Of a DNA stretch of 64,000 nucleotides, positions 19,264 through 29,014 are shown piece after piece. The translations under genes were made by a program, and so were the position numbers. This DNA comes from Giardia intestinalis. Lineage: Eukaryota. Positions within the stretch are counted from its first letter, which is position 1, and every line of letters starts with the position of its first letter. The notes under the pieces are model-generated. The model had not been told where the DNA came from, ran no database searches, and saw only the letters and a program-made list of their open reading frames with translations. The stretch is from the NCBI GenBank assembly GCA_000002435.2, contig CM018790.1; one strand, given 5' to 3'.

Positions 19264-21072
19264 GTGCTCTTTATTCTCGCTTTTCTTCAAGCGGGGGACT
19301 GCTTCTACTCTAATGCGAGTATTCTTGCCCTGTGTTACAATCACTCTCTCGAGCTAACTCTTTGGGTCAACGATAAAGATTGCATCCCTCCGCGGCATCC
19401 TCAGTTCATTATTTCCCTGACAAACGGCTCGACCCAACTTAAATACAGTAAGCACCAGCCTATAGTTCTAGACGAGCAGCAATCTCTCATAATCAAAGAC
19501 ATCCCACTAACAGATACGACCCACATCTCAGGCATGGACTATAGAGACTTTCTGCTTCGAGTAATAACAGGAATTGTCACCATTACAGATTCAGCTGTAA
19601 GTGAGTTTGCGGCAACATACACACTTAAGAAGGTGGATATATTGTGCTCAAATTACTCCTCTCTTTGGGCACAAACATACTTAACCTATAGCCTCCCAAT
19701 AACTATGGGTGAAAACCCCCTGGAAGAACCAAAGCTGTGTGTTAAGACATATGGGCCGATTGGCATGTTTCCAGAGTCATCGTTGCTCTACTTTTCTGCC
19801 AGTCTGATATTGCTATCCGAACTATCTGGTACTACTATCACTGTGCCCATTCAGAGGGGCAAGGTCCAAGAGGAGTTCAAATACTGGGGCACGTATTATC
19901 ACGACGCCACCTCTTTCTTCTGCTATAATTGTAGCACCGTTAGTGCAAGCGAAAAAGATTTCTGTGAGAAGCTCATTAGCAATTTTGCTTCACTTGATCT
20001 TCACATCGCTGCCCTTCAACTATCTTCAAAATATGAACGCACTACTAGGTCTCTACCCACGATCCAGTTTCATGCTCACCAGCTTATCGATAATTATTAC
20101 CATTATGGCCTAGACAAGTACCAGCTCTACTCTGATACCAACTATTACCCTATCTTCATAGCGGAGAACGGATTGCACTTCGTAGTCACTGGGCTCGAAT
20201 ACATTTTTGACAAGCCGCAGGGGACCACGTACAGTGTTGTCAGTTTCATTCTCTACTCTCTGGACGGCTATCACCTCAATGATATCCATCTAAAGTTATC
20301 ATATTCATATGTGCATCCCATCACCGGCAAATATCTTTGGTTGTTAGTTCCTAAGGATGTGAACTATAATACGCGCGAGGTAGCTAACCTTGCACTGCAC
20401 AATAAGCTTAAAGGGGAGTTGGTGGTGAAGCATATGAACGGCAAGGACCAAATACAGGGTATCGAAATAGCTAGTTTCTCTCTCATCCTTCCATCTTGCT
20501 TTGATAGAACACTGGTCATCCTTCATCAATCCTCTATTTCTATTCTATTGAACCTGTCCATGACCCCAATGGATACGATGAACTGCTTAATTGCCAACTC
20601 AAACCACACTAGCTTCACATCTGTAGAATACATTGACAATAAGTCAGCTCTCTACATTGATGAGAAGGTCCAAATGTATGCTATCCTCTATTACTTTCCT
20701 CGCAATTCGGATATAAATAGAGACATGCATCTTATAGGCGCGTTCGTCATATCCACTGAAGTGTCAGCGATGGAGACAGAGGTGACCATGGACTGTGCGG
20801 GCAACTGGATAGGATACAGCAAGTATGATTGGCCCATGTCATGCCTGCATCAGCTGAACCAAGCCCGGCACCATATGATGAATGGTGACCTCAGGGCAAT
20901 TGTTCGAGTACATAATGATTATCAGTTGGTGGATCTATTTGTCTATGACGAGATCCGGTCTACCACTCAGTTTATCTACGTCTTGATAATAGTCTCTGTT
21001 TGTTGTATATTTGTAGTTTTTATCTACTACTGTATCTTGTTGTGTAAGTTTTACCGCCGGCTGCTAAGATGA
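19264..21072 (+). CDS. type I membrane glycoprotein (N-terminal signal-like hydrophobic segment, many NxS/T sites, C-terminal TM IYVLIIVSVCCIFVVFIYYCILL)
   Basis: Track ORF begins at GTG 19264. The frame is open back to a TGA at 19198-19200 with no in-frame ATG. The first in-frame ATG is 19534. An out-of-frame ATG lies at 19202. The 5' end is uncertain, see findings. Confidence 0.5.
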   Translation: MLFILAFLQAGDCFYSNASILALCYNHSLELTLWVNDKDCIPPRHPQFIISLTNGSTQLKYSKHQPIVLDEQQSLIIKDIPLTDTTHISGMDYRDFLLRVITGIVTITDSAVSEFAATYTLKKVDILCSNYSSLWAQTYLTYSLPITMGENPLEEPKLCVKTYGPIGMFPESSLLYFSASLILLSELSGTTITVPIQRGKVQEEFKYWGTYYHDATSFFCYNCSTVSASEKDFCEKLISNFASLDLHIAALQLSSKYERTTRSLPTIQFHAHQLIDNYYHYGLDKYQLYSDTNYYPIFIAENGLHFVVTGLEYIFDKPQGTTYSVVSFILYSLDGYHLNDIHLKLSYSYVHPITGKYLWLLVPKDVNYNTREVANLALHNKLKGELVVKHMNGKDQIQGIEIASFSLILPSCFDRTLVILHQSSISILLNLSMTPMDTMNCLIANSNHTSFTSVEYIDNKSALYIDEKVQMYAILYYFPRNSDINRDMHLIGAFVISTEVSAMETEVTMDCAGNWIGYSKYDWPMSCLHQLNQARHHMMNGDLRAIVRVHNDYQLVDLFVYDEIRSTTQFIYVLIIVSVCCIFVVFIYYCILLCKFYRRLLR

Positions 21073-21154
21073 TCCGCTGGGATTTGTTCAAATTTAAATC
21101 GGCCTTATCTTTAAAACAGTCAGGAGTCTGGGTGACCTGGGTATCCACTTAGCC

Positions 21155-21967
21155 ATGTGTCCGGAGCGTACAATAGACGGCTATGGAGGATCTCTAGACA
21201 CAAAAGACACTATGACTAAGGCAGATCAGCCGGATTCGTACGCATTGGCTGCAGAGAATGAATGGCTCGAGCAAGAGATTGCGCAGATGGAAAGGAAGAT
21301 TAATGAGATGGCGCTGCAGGCGAACAGCGAAGCTGAGAGGACCATTGAGCAGCTACACGCATCAGATGCAGCCAAGAAGACATACGAAGCCGAGAAAGCC
21401 ACAACCATCGCGCTCTTGACCTCCGCCCTGAAGACGATGGAAGACCAGAACACACTCATAGAGGGGAATATCGGCCTTACTAAGCAGCAAAGTAAGAGGC
21501 TCCAGGACGAGCTTGCTGACCTTACGAAGGATTATGCTACCCGTAGGAAGCAGCTACTGGATGAGATTGAACAAGAGAAACAGGATGCAGAAAAGTATTC
21601 CAATGCTGCGCGCGATATGGAGGAAAAAATTCGGGCGGTTGAACATAACATCTCGAGTTTGCAGGAGCACGTTGCAAGGCAGCGTGCCGAAAAAGAGAAG
21701 CTGCAAAAGGCTCTTGAACAAATAGACATTCTTGCACAGGATACCAAGAAGGATTATTCTACACCATACACGAAGGACATTGTAGATTCCCTCAAAGAGG
21801 AGCTCATTGAAATTAGAGTAGACATGGTTAAGTTTTTAGTAGAAACCTTTGAAGATCCCTGCTCATTTACTAACCCTGAGCAGGGAAAGCGGTACCGGCA
21901 ACTCCTCTTTCAACTAAAAAGAAAAAAGACGCAGCTGGTGTTAGCGACCCAACAATGTAAATCATGA
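21155..21967 (+). CDS. coiled-coil protein, 270 aa
   Basis: Heptad-rich E/K/Q/L sequence (EQEIAQMERKINEMALQANSEAERTIEQL...). ATG at 21155. No family recognised. Confidence 0.45.
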   Translation: MCPERTIDGYGGSLDTKDTMTKADQPDSYALAAENEWLEQEIAQMERKINEMALQANSEAERTIEQLHASDAAKKTYEAEKATTIALLTSALKTMEDQNTLIEGNIGLTKQQSKRLQDELADLTKDYATRRKQLLDEIEQEKQDAEKYSNAARDMEEKIRAVEHNISSLQEHVARQRAEKEKLQKALEQIDILAQDTKKDYSTPYTKDIVDSLKEELIEIRVDMVKFLVETFEDPCSFTNPEQGKRYRQLLFQLKRKKTQLVLATQQCKS

Positions 21968-21973
21968 GGTGCA

Positions 21974-22570
21974 CTATGTAATGCGGCCGTCAAGCTCTGT
22001 GTCAAATCGTTTGACTTTCTTGTTTCCTTTTCTTCGGAGGAGCTTCCCAACCAGGTACACCATGCCAGTCGATCCATTTGGTAGAAAAAGGCCAACATCT
22101 ACGGACGCCTTAGGCACGAAGACGTGTTTATTGGCCTCGGTCACAAGCTCCATAGTCGCAGCAGTATCTCGGACACATATGCCTTCAACTCCAACGTATG
22201 ACGGCATGGATGAACGAAGCACCCTGATCCGTGCACCATGCAAATCGACTGTCGCGAATGCTTTTTGGTCCAGGCACATTATCTTTTGGCAATAGGCACA
22301 CCAGAGCTCGTGCATTTCGAGAGCGAGCGCATAATCTACCGGCGCCGGGTTGTGTGTCAGTTCATGCAGCTCTCCATGGCCGCTGCGTGGTCGCACAACG
22401 TGGCCCCTAATTCTCTCCTGCCTGCCGTACCGCTTCTGCTGTCGCTCAAGGGTCGTATAGCGCACAATATGAACTCTAGAAGCCACCAATGCGTCTTGAA
22501 CTTCGTTGGCTCGAGAACCGTAGAAGCTCGTTAGGCCGTTGATGAAGGTTAGAGTATCGTTGCTACTCAT
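21974..22570 (-). CDS. RNase P/MRP protein subunit p29 (Pop4/Rpp29-like)
   Basis: LHGARIRVLRSSMPSYVGVEGICVRDTAATMELVTEANKHVFVPK...GKLLRRKGNKKVKRF aligns to human POP4 LHGLIGLHVKVVRSTDPSLVGLSGIVVMETKNTFKII...VIPK...KKFK. ATG at 22570. Confidence 0.65.
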   Translation of the reverse strand: MSSNDTLTFINGLTSFYGSRANEVQDALVASRVHIVRYTTLERQQKRYGRQERIRGHVVRPRSGHGELHELTHNPAPVDYALALEMHELWCAYCQKIMCLDQKAFATVDLHGARIRVLRSSMPSYVGVEGICVRDTAATMELVTEANKHVFVPKASVDVGLFLPNGSTGMVYLVGKLLRRKGNKKVKRFDTELDGRIT

Positions 22571-22660
22571 AGACTACCGGAGATTAGGCTGAAAGTACGA
22601 GTTCGAGATGTGCGGTAGAAGTGTACTGTAGGGTAGTGTAGGTTTCATTTAAAAAAACTC

Positions 22661-23695
22661 ATGAGCAGTAACGATGGCACCGAGCCAGAGCGAAAACGAG
22701 TGTTCGATAGGTCGGATACTTCGGTGACGCCTTCAGTGACGTACACTCAGGTGGCCAGCGCCACCCCCCTACGCAAGTCAAGTACGCACCAGAGTCCCAA
22801 ATCGCTAGTCAGTAAAAAGGAGGAAACATCTGCTGTGCAGTCCCCAAAGAGTGCACTCGATGCCAAAGAGCATGACAAGTCCAGGACGGAGCACAGTCAT
22901 GTAAAGCAGCAGACACCCAAAAAGACTCGCACCCCCAATGCGAGCAGTAACGTCAGCCCGAAAAGCAAGCCATCCAATGTTCCAGTTCAGGAAGGCAACG
23001 AGCTGTCAAATGAATCCATTGACAACAAAGTTCTAGCTGTCATCCAGAGTGCGGTCAACACAAGCAGGAGCTTTCAGGTCCAGGCGACATCCTCGGGGAC
23101 ATCTCCCGCCCAAGAGTCATCCGGTAGCAGCGATGAGAAGAAGGCTATAGACCAATCATCTCTGAATGAGCCCCAAACAATCTATACGGAGCCAATTTCC
23201 ATCGTCATCAACTACATCGAAAAGAACTGCGATAAGGTGGAAAACTATCTACTAGGGGTGGGGGACCATTCCTTCATAGGGGTCTTCAGTGCTATAATGA
23301 AGTCTTTCTACGAGACAGGATTTGTCTCACTCAAGCAACTCTCAATGTACAGGGCTAAGGCGCCTGATTTCTTTGCCAAGCTGTCGCACTTTCTCATGCA
23401 GATGGGGCTGGAGTACGTTAACCAAATGAATAAGCAGAACGACACAACCCCGCAGAATTCGTACTCGGCAGCCTATATTGTCGCCTGCGCCATGGAATGC
23501 ATGACAGATACTCAGCGCAAGCAATATATTTATCAGCTGAGGCGAGACTCCTCAAATAGGTTGAGGCAGAGGCGAGGGTTCAACACGAAGAGGGTCGAGC
23601 TTAACAGACTGAGCCAGAGGAGTGTGCATGGAATCTCTCACTGCAGCTTCTTCCAGCACCACTTTCAGGAAAAGGTTATCAATCTTAGGGGATAA
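22661..23695 (+). CDS. hypothetical protein with S/T-rich N-terminal half and a structured C-terminal domain
   Basis: ATG at 22661 preceded by the A/T initiator tttcatttaaaaaaactc. 344 aa. No family recognised. Confidence 0.45.
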   Translation: MSSNDGTEPERKRVFDRSDTSVTPSVTYTQVASATPLRKSSTHQSPKSLVSKKEETSAVQSPKSALDAKEHDKSRTEHSHVKQQTPKKTRTPNASSNVSPKSKPSNVPVQEGNELSNESIDNKVLAVIQSAVNTSRSFQVQATSSGTSPAQESSGSSDEKKAIDQSSLNEPQTIYTEPISIVINYIEKNCDKVENYLLGVGDHSFIGVFSAIMKSFYETGFVSLKQLSMYRAKAPDFFAKLSHFLMQMGLEYVNQMNKQNDTTPQNSYSAAYIVACAMECMTDTQRKQYIYQLRRDSSNRLRQRRGFNTKRVELNRLSQRSVHGISHCSFFQHHFQEKVINLRG

Positions 23696-23708
23696 AAAAC
23701 AATTGGCC

Positions 23709-24302
23709 ATGCTGTGCTTGCCTTTCTTCAGCGTGTTCGTCTTCGGTGTGCATGCTGTGAGGCTATCTGTTCCCCTTCTTGTCGTTCATAAGGGAGAGGA
23801 ATCTCAAGGCACAGTCTATCTTCTTGACGAGACGGGCCGGTCTGACGTAATAGCAACAACCTTCAAGGGTATTTCAGACTTTTCCACAGCAATCGTCGAG
23901 AAATTTGTCCCACTGCCTGAGAATACGACTCTGGTTGAGACGTTGCCGGACCTAAAGGGCGTTTCTGAGTGCACAAACGACAACTGTCCGACGACTGGTT
24001 CAAGCTGCTATAAGCTTCGAACTACCACCATTGTCAGTACTAACGGTCCACAGGAGCTCCTGGAAGAGATAAAGAAGATAGTCAATAGTAAGCCGGACGG
24101 TCAGGGCTGCACAGTGATTTTCTCTGCCAATAAGATCAACACTACGACGACGCCTTTCAGGAATGCGTGGGCACCTATGGAGGCTACGATGTTTTCAATT
24201 ACGGCTGTGATTGTTGTGATTCTCCTTATCGTTGCTGTGCTTCCGAGTCTGCTCATCAAAGATTCTGACATCATGCCAGAGGCTGATGCCAAGACAGACT
24301 AA
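23709..24302 (+). CDS. small type I membrane protein (signal peptide MLCLPFFSVFVFGVHA, C-terminal TM)
   Basis: Track ORF starts at GTG 23622, overlapping the previous gene. The first sensible ATG is 23709, directly after the upstream stop at 23695 and preceded by aaaaaacaattggcc. AGTGAAT lies just after its stop. Confidence 0.45.
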   Translation: MLCLPFFSVFVFGVHAVRLSVPLLVVHKGEESQGTVYLLDETGRSDVIATTFKGISDFSTAIVEKFVPLPENTTLVETLPDLKGVSECTNDNCPTTGSSCYKLRTTTIVSTNGPQELLEEIKKIVNSKPDGQGCTVIFSANKINTTTTPFRNAWAPMEATMFSITAVIVVILLIVAVLPSLLIKDSDIMPEADAKTD

Positions 24303-24303
24303 A

Positions 24304-24310
24304 AGTGAAT
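24304..24310 (+). promoter_or_regulatory. putative polyadenylation signal AGTGAAT after the stop of the small membrane protein gene
   Basis: taaaAGTGAATttttctc, stop at 24300-24302. Confidence 0.35.
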
Positions 24311-24329
24311 TTTTCTCTGCTTAACTCAG

Positions 24330-24845
24330 TCATAAGTCCGCTGATGTCTGGTTGGCTGCTGCGGTGATATATTGCTCCAATTGCGGCTCTTCGTCAAGAT
24401 CCGATAGAGAGGTATAGTCCACTGGATCCACTGGTACTCGCTGAGGCGCCTGGGACGGGTTGCTATGGTCAGATTCTGCTGCAAGCCGCTGTAAGTTCCG
24501 TACGATCCGACGGATAATGGGGGATGTGTACATGTAGTCCCTGGCCAACTCCAGAGTTATTACAACTGCGAAAACCAGTAGCAAGAGGATCCACACCCAG
24601 GAGAAGAGCCAGAAGACCAGGGCCAACGAGGACCGAAGGCCTTCAGAAGCCTTCAGAATATGAATGGCCACAGATAACATGGCAGCAAGGCAGAGGAGTA
24701 GAATAATGCGTGCGCCCATGCGGATTGTGGAGCTTGATACGGAGGAACTAATGATGGCACAGACATCTTTTACAGCACTCGTGATGGCCGGCCGAATCAC
24801 ATCCAGTTGCGGAAGGATAGCCTCGACGCGGACATCGAATGGCAT
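24330..24845 (-). CDS. small membrane protein with 2 predicted TM helices
   Basis: ATG at 24845. Hydrophobic segments ARIILLLCLAAMLSVAIHIL and LALVFWLFSWVWILLLLVFAVVITL. Acidic C-terminus. Confidence 0.4.
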   Translation of the reverse strand: MPFDVRVEAILPQLDVIRPAITSAVKDVCAIISSSVSSSTIRMGARIILLLCLAAMLSVAIHILKASEGLRSSLALVFWLFSWVWILLLLVFAVVITLELARDYMYTSPIIRRIVRNLQRLAAESDHSNPSQAPQRVPVDPVDYTSLSDLDEEPQLEQYITAAANQTSADL

Positions 24846-24964
24846 TTACTTTCAGAGATGCGAAGGCTGCGAACTTCCGGCACCGGTGCGAAGCTTACCA
24901 ATGTCAGACAGGGAAAGGAAGCCAACCAGCTTGCCAAATAAAAATTTCGGACAAAAGACAGCAG

Positions 24965-26020
24965 TCAAATGACCGGCACATACTTGCGCATCTCCGACAG
25001 CTGATTCTGCTGGAGGGCCTCGTACATCCATACGAGGTTGTTCATTTCGAGCTCTTTCAGCTTGAAGTAGCAATAGATAGACGCAAAGTCGTACTGCGAC
25101 TTGAAACCATCACGGAGGCTGTCGACCTGCTCGAACATGAAGGCGTCCAGAAGGGTCAGGGAAGAGTCCGCAGACATGCGGTCCAAAACCTTCTTGTACT
25201 CCTGGAACTCGGAGATAATCGAGCGAACGCTATCCATGTCGGAGCACTGGGAGAGGCGCTCCTGGTGGTAGGGGTAAAGGGCCCCCAGGCGGGGCATAAT
25301 CTCCATTTTTGCCTCAGGAGTGAAGTTTTCGTTGCCGAGCAGGTTAAAGACCAGCATAATTGTCATGCGGTCAGCTTCAAAGTACAGGAGGTCGTTCATG
25401 GTCTGTGCTGTCTGGCCACCGATGGACAGTGAAAAGTTAAGGAGGTGCTCCAGGTAGAGAGACTCGGCCTTAGCCCTCAGAATCTCAATGTCTTGCTGGC
25501 TCATGGACTCAAGTTGGACACTCTCTACATCCAGCCCGGCCTTGATCAGGAAAGGCCCCGCAGGAGATGCTTCAAGAAGGGTTCCGACAATCTCTGAGAG
25601 GTTCTCGATGCTGACCAACAGCTCGAGGTTCTGGAAGACACCGATAGGATGAAACCGAATGCTTGAATCAGCCGCACGGCCCTTGAGCGCCGCTGAAATG
25701 AGAATAAATGAATTGGACAGGACGTACTGGGTACGCAAGAGTAGAAGAAACTGGAGTAAAAGGCCTTCTGCGCTGGGTAGAAGGTCACGAAATGTCTCCG
25801 CCAACTTGTTGAGAAGCCCACACCGAATATCTGAGCTGCTGGCAATGGTCGGAATACTGATGCCTGTTATGGTTGCAAGTGCACTGCAGAACTCCTCGGG
25901 TGTCTGCAGCTGAGCCAAACTCAGATATTCAGCGTTTGCCACGAACCCCTGTGGATTAGAGCGGAGCTCAGCCTCCACAATGGCGTAGTCGGTGTTATAG
26001 AATGCGATGTTCGAGGCCAT
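24965..26020 (-). CDS. V-type H+-ATPase subunit d (V0 d / AC39)
   Basis: Collinear with ATP6V0D1: NAEYLSLAQLQTPEEF (QADYLNLVQCETLEDL), FEADRMTIMLVFNLLG (FEADRRAFIITINSFG), YCYFKLKELEMNNLVWMYEALQQ ([23 protein letters not shown]), C-terminal KYVPVI (NYIPIF). The track start 26065 is a GTG. The first ATG, MASNIAFYNTDY at 26020, aligns with the V0 d N-terminus MSFFPELYFNVDNGY. Confidence 0.85.
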   Translation of the reverse strand: MASNIAFYNTDYAIVEAELRSNPQGFVANAEYLSLAQLQTPEEFCSALATITGISIPTIASSSDIRCGLLNKLAETFRDLLPSAEGLLLQFLLLLRTQYVLSNSFILISAALKGRAADSSIRFHPIGVFQNLELLVSIENLSEIVGTLLEASPAGPFLIKAGLDVESVQLESMSQQDIEILRAKAESLYLEHLLNFSLSIGGQTAQTMNDLLYFEADRMTIMLVFNLLGNENFTPEAKMEIMPRLGALYPYHQERLSQCSDMDSVRSIISEFQEYKKVLDRMSADSSLTLLDAFMFEQVDSLRDGFKSQYDFASIYCYFKLKELEMNNLVWMYEALQQNQLSEMRKYVPVI

Positions 26021-26223
26021 CTCCAGTTGATTTTGGACGAGCTTCACTTTCAATTGTTTATGCACAACAAAATTTCATGTAATATTGCATCTTACTTCTG
26101 GAATGATAAGTGCAGTATATTGTGCAGACTTTGGTTCGTTACAGACTCTTGCAAGAATCTATACAGCGTCTCATAGTAATCTGAGCACGGTTTATGTAAC
26201 ATATTAGCGAACAATTCACTTTT

Positions 26224-28965
26224 ATGTCTCCGCGGCATGTCCTATCACATAACTTATTTACTTTTGAAAGTTTAAAATTCTTTCCCATGGACTCCAGCAG
26301 ACAGACGGTCAATCAGCAGGAGCTGAATGAGCTTCTTCAGGACTTCGACTTTGTGCTTGGGAAGGGCGCGTACGGCTCTGTGCGAGCGCTAAAAAGCAAC
26401 CCCGACGAGGTGGTCAAGGAGATCAGCACGGTGAATCTTTCTGAGAAGGCGCGGCTTGCGTTGGAGACGGAGCTGGATCTCCTCCCGCGTGTACGGCATC
26501 AGTACATAGTAGATTACAAGCAGGTCATCAAGACAGACACCTTTACATATATTCGCATGCGGCGCTACGCTAAATCGCTCTCAGAGGTGATAGTCCCCAT
26601 GCACCGCAAAAATCAGAAGCCGGAACTCGACATGATCCTCCGGCTGACGGCCCAAATGTGTGAAGCCTTGGCGTACCTGCATAGCCCATTCAAGCCGCAG
26701 GCCATGTCAGAAAACAAGATACCCTCAATTGTCCACAGAGACATTAAGCCAGCCAATATCCTGACGGATGAGAAGGTCGAGAATTTCTATCTGGCTGACT
26801 TCGGCATGTGTCGGACGGTGACCAACACTGTTTGTGCCTCGACGTATGCAGGTTCTCCGGCATACATGGCGCCCGAGGTTATGTTCCATGAGCACTACGA
26901 CGGAAAGGCAGACATCTGGAGCCTCGGAGTGGTGGTGTACGAGATGGCTTACGGCCGGGTCCCTGACTTTCTGCGCGGCATGCCTCCCAAGTCTGTCTAC
27001 GTGAATACGTGGCGGCCTGATCTGACAAAGATAGACTACCCCGAGCTTCACGATGTGATCAAGGCCATGCTTGTTGTGGACCCCCAGAAGCGCTCTTCTG
27101 CAGCCGATATCCTGCGGATTCCCTGTGTGTCAAGCTATGTTAACACTAGGAATGAGACCAGCGAGCCTGGCCGGGAGCTAGAGCAACTGCTCGAGTTCCA
27201 CATCCAGGATGCCGTCAAGGACAGAGAGGCGCACATCAATAGCCTTCAGACCGAGATCTCGCAGCTAAAAACGCAGATTGATGTTCTGAACGAACGGCTA
27301 GCCAAGCAGCAGGATCAACAGCAGACCTTACAGGCAGACTTGGACGCCAAGGCCAAGCTTTTAGAGGATATGTACAGTAACATGCAGAAAACTGGAGATC
27401 CCAGTTCCATGGATGCTGTGTCAGTGCACTTACAAGCATCTGACGCCGCGCTTGCCATGAGGGACAGGTACATCAAGAACCTCATTGAGACCAACAAGAA
27501 GCTTACAATGAAGTTGTCCTACAATGAGACGGCTGTCTACGGGCTCTCATCCATCAGAAGCACGGGAAGCATCCTGTCTAGCAGCACCAAGTTGGAGGGG
27601 AACGTGACCGGCGATACTCACGACAGCTCCGAGAGCCTTATTAGTTTGATTCAGAAATTCGTCACTTCTGTGGATAAAGTACTGATACGGAGGCTGGCGC
27701 AATCCATAATCAACCATCTCGACGAGGCCGGGAATGGCGCTGCTCTCCTTCTCTTGCTTACCGGAAAACTAGAAGGAAGTTATATCTTATCGCCTCAGCG
27801 TGGGGCTCTTATCCGCCTGCTCGCTGATCGCGAAGGTAGTCAGCTCACAAGTTCAGGCTATAGCAACAGCTACATCGAGTGTCTCCAAGGAAAGCCCACC
27901 GTAGAGCAGGTGCTCCAACCAGACGGTTGGAATAGCTGGTTCCGCCACGTGGAGCAAGGGTGCTCCGTAGGCGTGGAGAGTTCCATGTACATGGTGGGCT
28001 CCGTCTTTTCGTCTCCTGTGCTATGTGACGAGATAGCAGATGACGGCTTTACGGCCCTAATGATGGCGGCCGCCCTTGACCATGCTAGCGTTGTTTCCGT
28101 ACTTATGTTCAAGGAGTCTGGGCGTATAACAACTAATAAGCGAAGCGCTCTTATGTTTGCTGCCCACATGGGCAATGTCGGGTCCACCTGCCTGCTCTTG
28201 TCCGTAGAAGCTAAGCTCCGAGACAGTAGGAAGCGGGTGGCCATACACTACGCTGCCGAGGCTGGTCATACAGATGCTGTTCAGGTTCTCATGACCAAGG
28301 AGGGTGGGCTAACTGATGCAGAGGGAATGACGGGCCTCATGCTTGCGGCGAAATCTGGATTTACCAGAATTGTGAGCATTCTCCTCCAGAAGGAAGGGCG
28401 GAAGCTGAACAAGACAGGTGCTACTGCCCTTATGTACTCAAGTAAGTGGGGCCACTTGGAGGCCGTCAAGCTGCTGCTCCCCGTTGAGGGAAGGAAGACC
28501 AATAAGATGGGTCTCTCGGCCTTGATGATCGCAGCGCAATACGGGCAGCTGGAGATAACCGAGGCATTGCTTCCTGTCGAGGACGGGATCGTTTCTAAAA
28601 TGGGAATGACCGCTCTGATGTATGCGGCCCAGGCCGGCCAAAAGGACATCGTAAAGCTCCTGATCCCTAGGCAGGCTAGGATGCGGGATAAGATTCGCGC
28701 TACGGCCCTCATGTACGCTGCGACCAAGGGGCAACATGATGTTGTTGCGCTACTTGCCAACGAGGAGGCCGGAATGGTGGATATAAATGGGCTGTCTGCC
28801 CTGGTGTACGCAGCGTATAAGGGACATTTCAAGTGTGTCGACATCCTAGCTCCTCTGGAGGCGAAGGCGCACGGCGAGAGGGCAATCCAAGAGATGATAA
28901 AATCTCACCGCCAGACGATAATGCCCATCATGAAGAATAAGATAGAGGAGTACATGAACAAGTAG
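26224..28965 (+). CDS. NEK-family Ser/Thr protein kinase (catalytically intact) with coiled-coil and C-terminal ankyrin repeats
   Basis: LGKGAYGSV (G-loop), VVKEI (beta3 Lys), HRDIKPANIL, DFGMCR, GSPAYMAPE. Coiled coil around residues 330-420. ANK repeats TALMMAAALDH...TALMYAAQAGQ. The start could alternatively be the second ATG at 26287 (MDSSRQ). Confidence 0.85.
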   Translation: MSPRHVLSHNLFTFESLKFFPMDSSRQTVNQQELNELLQDFDFVLGKGAYGSVRALKSNPDEVVKEISTVNLSEKARLALETELDLLPRVRHQYIVDYKQVIKTDTFTYIRMRRYAKSLSEVIVPMHRKNQKPELDMILRLTAQMCEALAYLHSPFKPQAMSENKIPSIVHRDIKPANILTDEKVENFYLADFGMCRTVTNTVCASTYAGSPAYMAPEVMFHEHYDGKADIWSLGVVVYEMAYGRVPDFLRGMPPKSVYVNTWRPDLTKIDYPELHDVIKAMLVVDPQKRSSAADILRIPCVSSYVNTRNETSEPGRELEQLLEFHIQDAVKDREAHINSLQTEISQLKTQIDVLNERLAKQQDQQQTLQADLDAKAKLLEDMYSNMQKTGDPSSMDAVSVHLQASDAALAMRDRYIKNLIETNKKLTMKLSYNETAVYGLSSIRSTGSILSSSTKLEGNVTGDTHDSSESLISLIQKFVTSVDKVLIRRLAQSIINHLDEAGNGAALLLLLTGKLEGSYILSPQRGALIRLLADREGSQLTSSGYSNSYIECLQGKPTVEQVLQPDGWNSWFRHVEQGCSVGVESSMYMVGSVFSSPVLCDEIADDGFTALMMAAALDHASVVSVLMFKESGRITTNKRSALMFAAHMGNVGSTCLLLSVEAKLRDSRKRVAIHYAAEAGHTDAVQVLMTKEGGLTDAEGMTGLMLAAKSGFTRIVSILLQKEGRKLNKTGATALMYSSKWGHLEAVKLLLPVEGRKTNKMGLSALMIAAQYGQLEITEALLPVEDGIVSKMGMTALMYAAQAGQKDIVKLLIPRQARMRDKIRATALMYAATKGQHDVVALLANEEAGMVDINGLSALVYAAYKGHFKCVDILAPLEAKAHGERAIQEMIKSHRQTIMPIMKNKIEEYMNK

Positions 28966-29014
28966 TCGGCCTTGTAACCATGTTGAGACCAAAAAATGTC
29001 TAATTCAAAAAATA

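Noticed and set aside
24839-25432. 197-aa plus-strand ORF
   Set aside because: Antisense within the V-ATPase d-subunit gene, which has unambiguous homology on the other strand.
26021-26065. Upstream extension of the V-ATPase d gene to the track start at 26065
   Set aside because: That start is a GTG. Homologous V0 d proteins align from the MASN... methionine at 26020, so the 15-codon extension is not supported.
28281-28844. 187-aa minus-strand ORF (and 38325..38936, 39110..39403)
   Set aside because: Antisense within ankyrin-repeat arrays of the NEK genes. The repetitive ANK codons commonly give long antisense ORFs.
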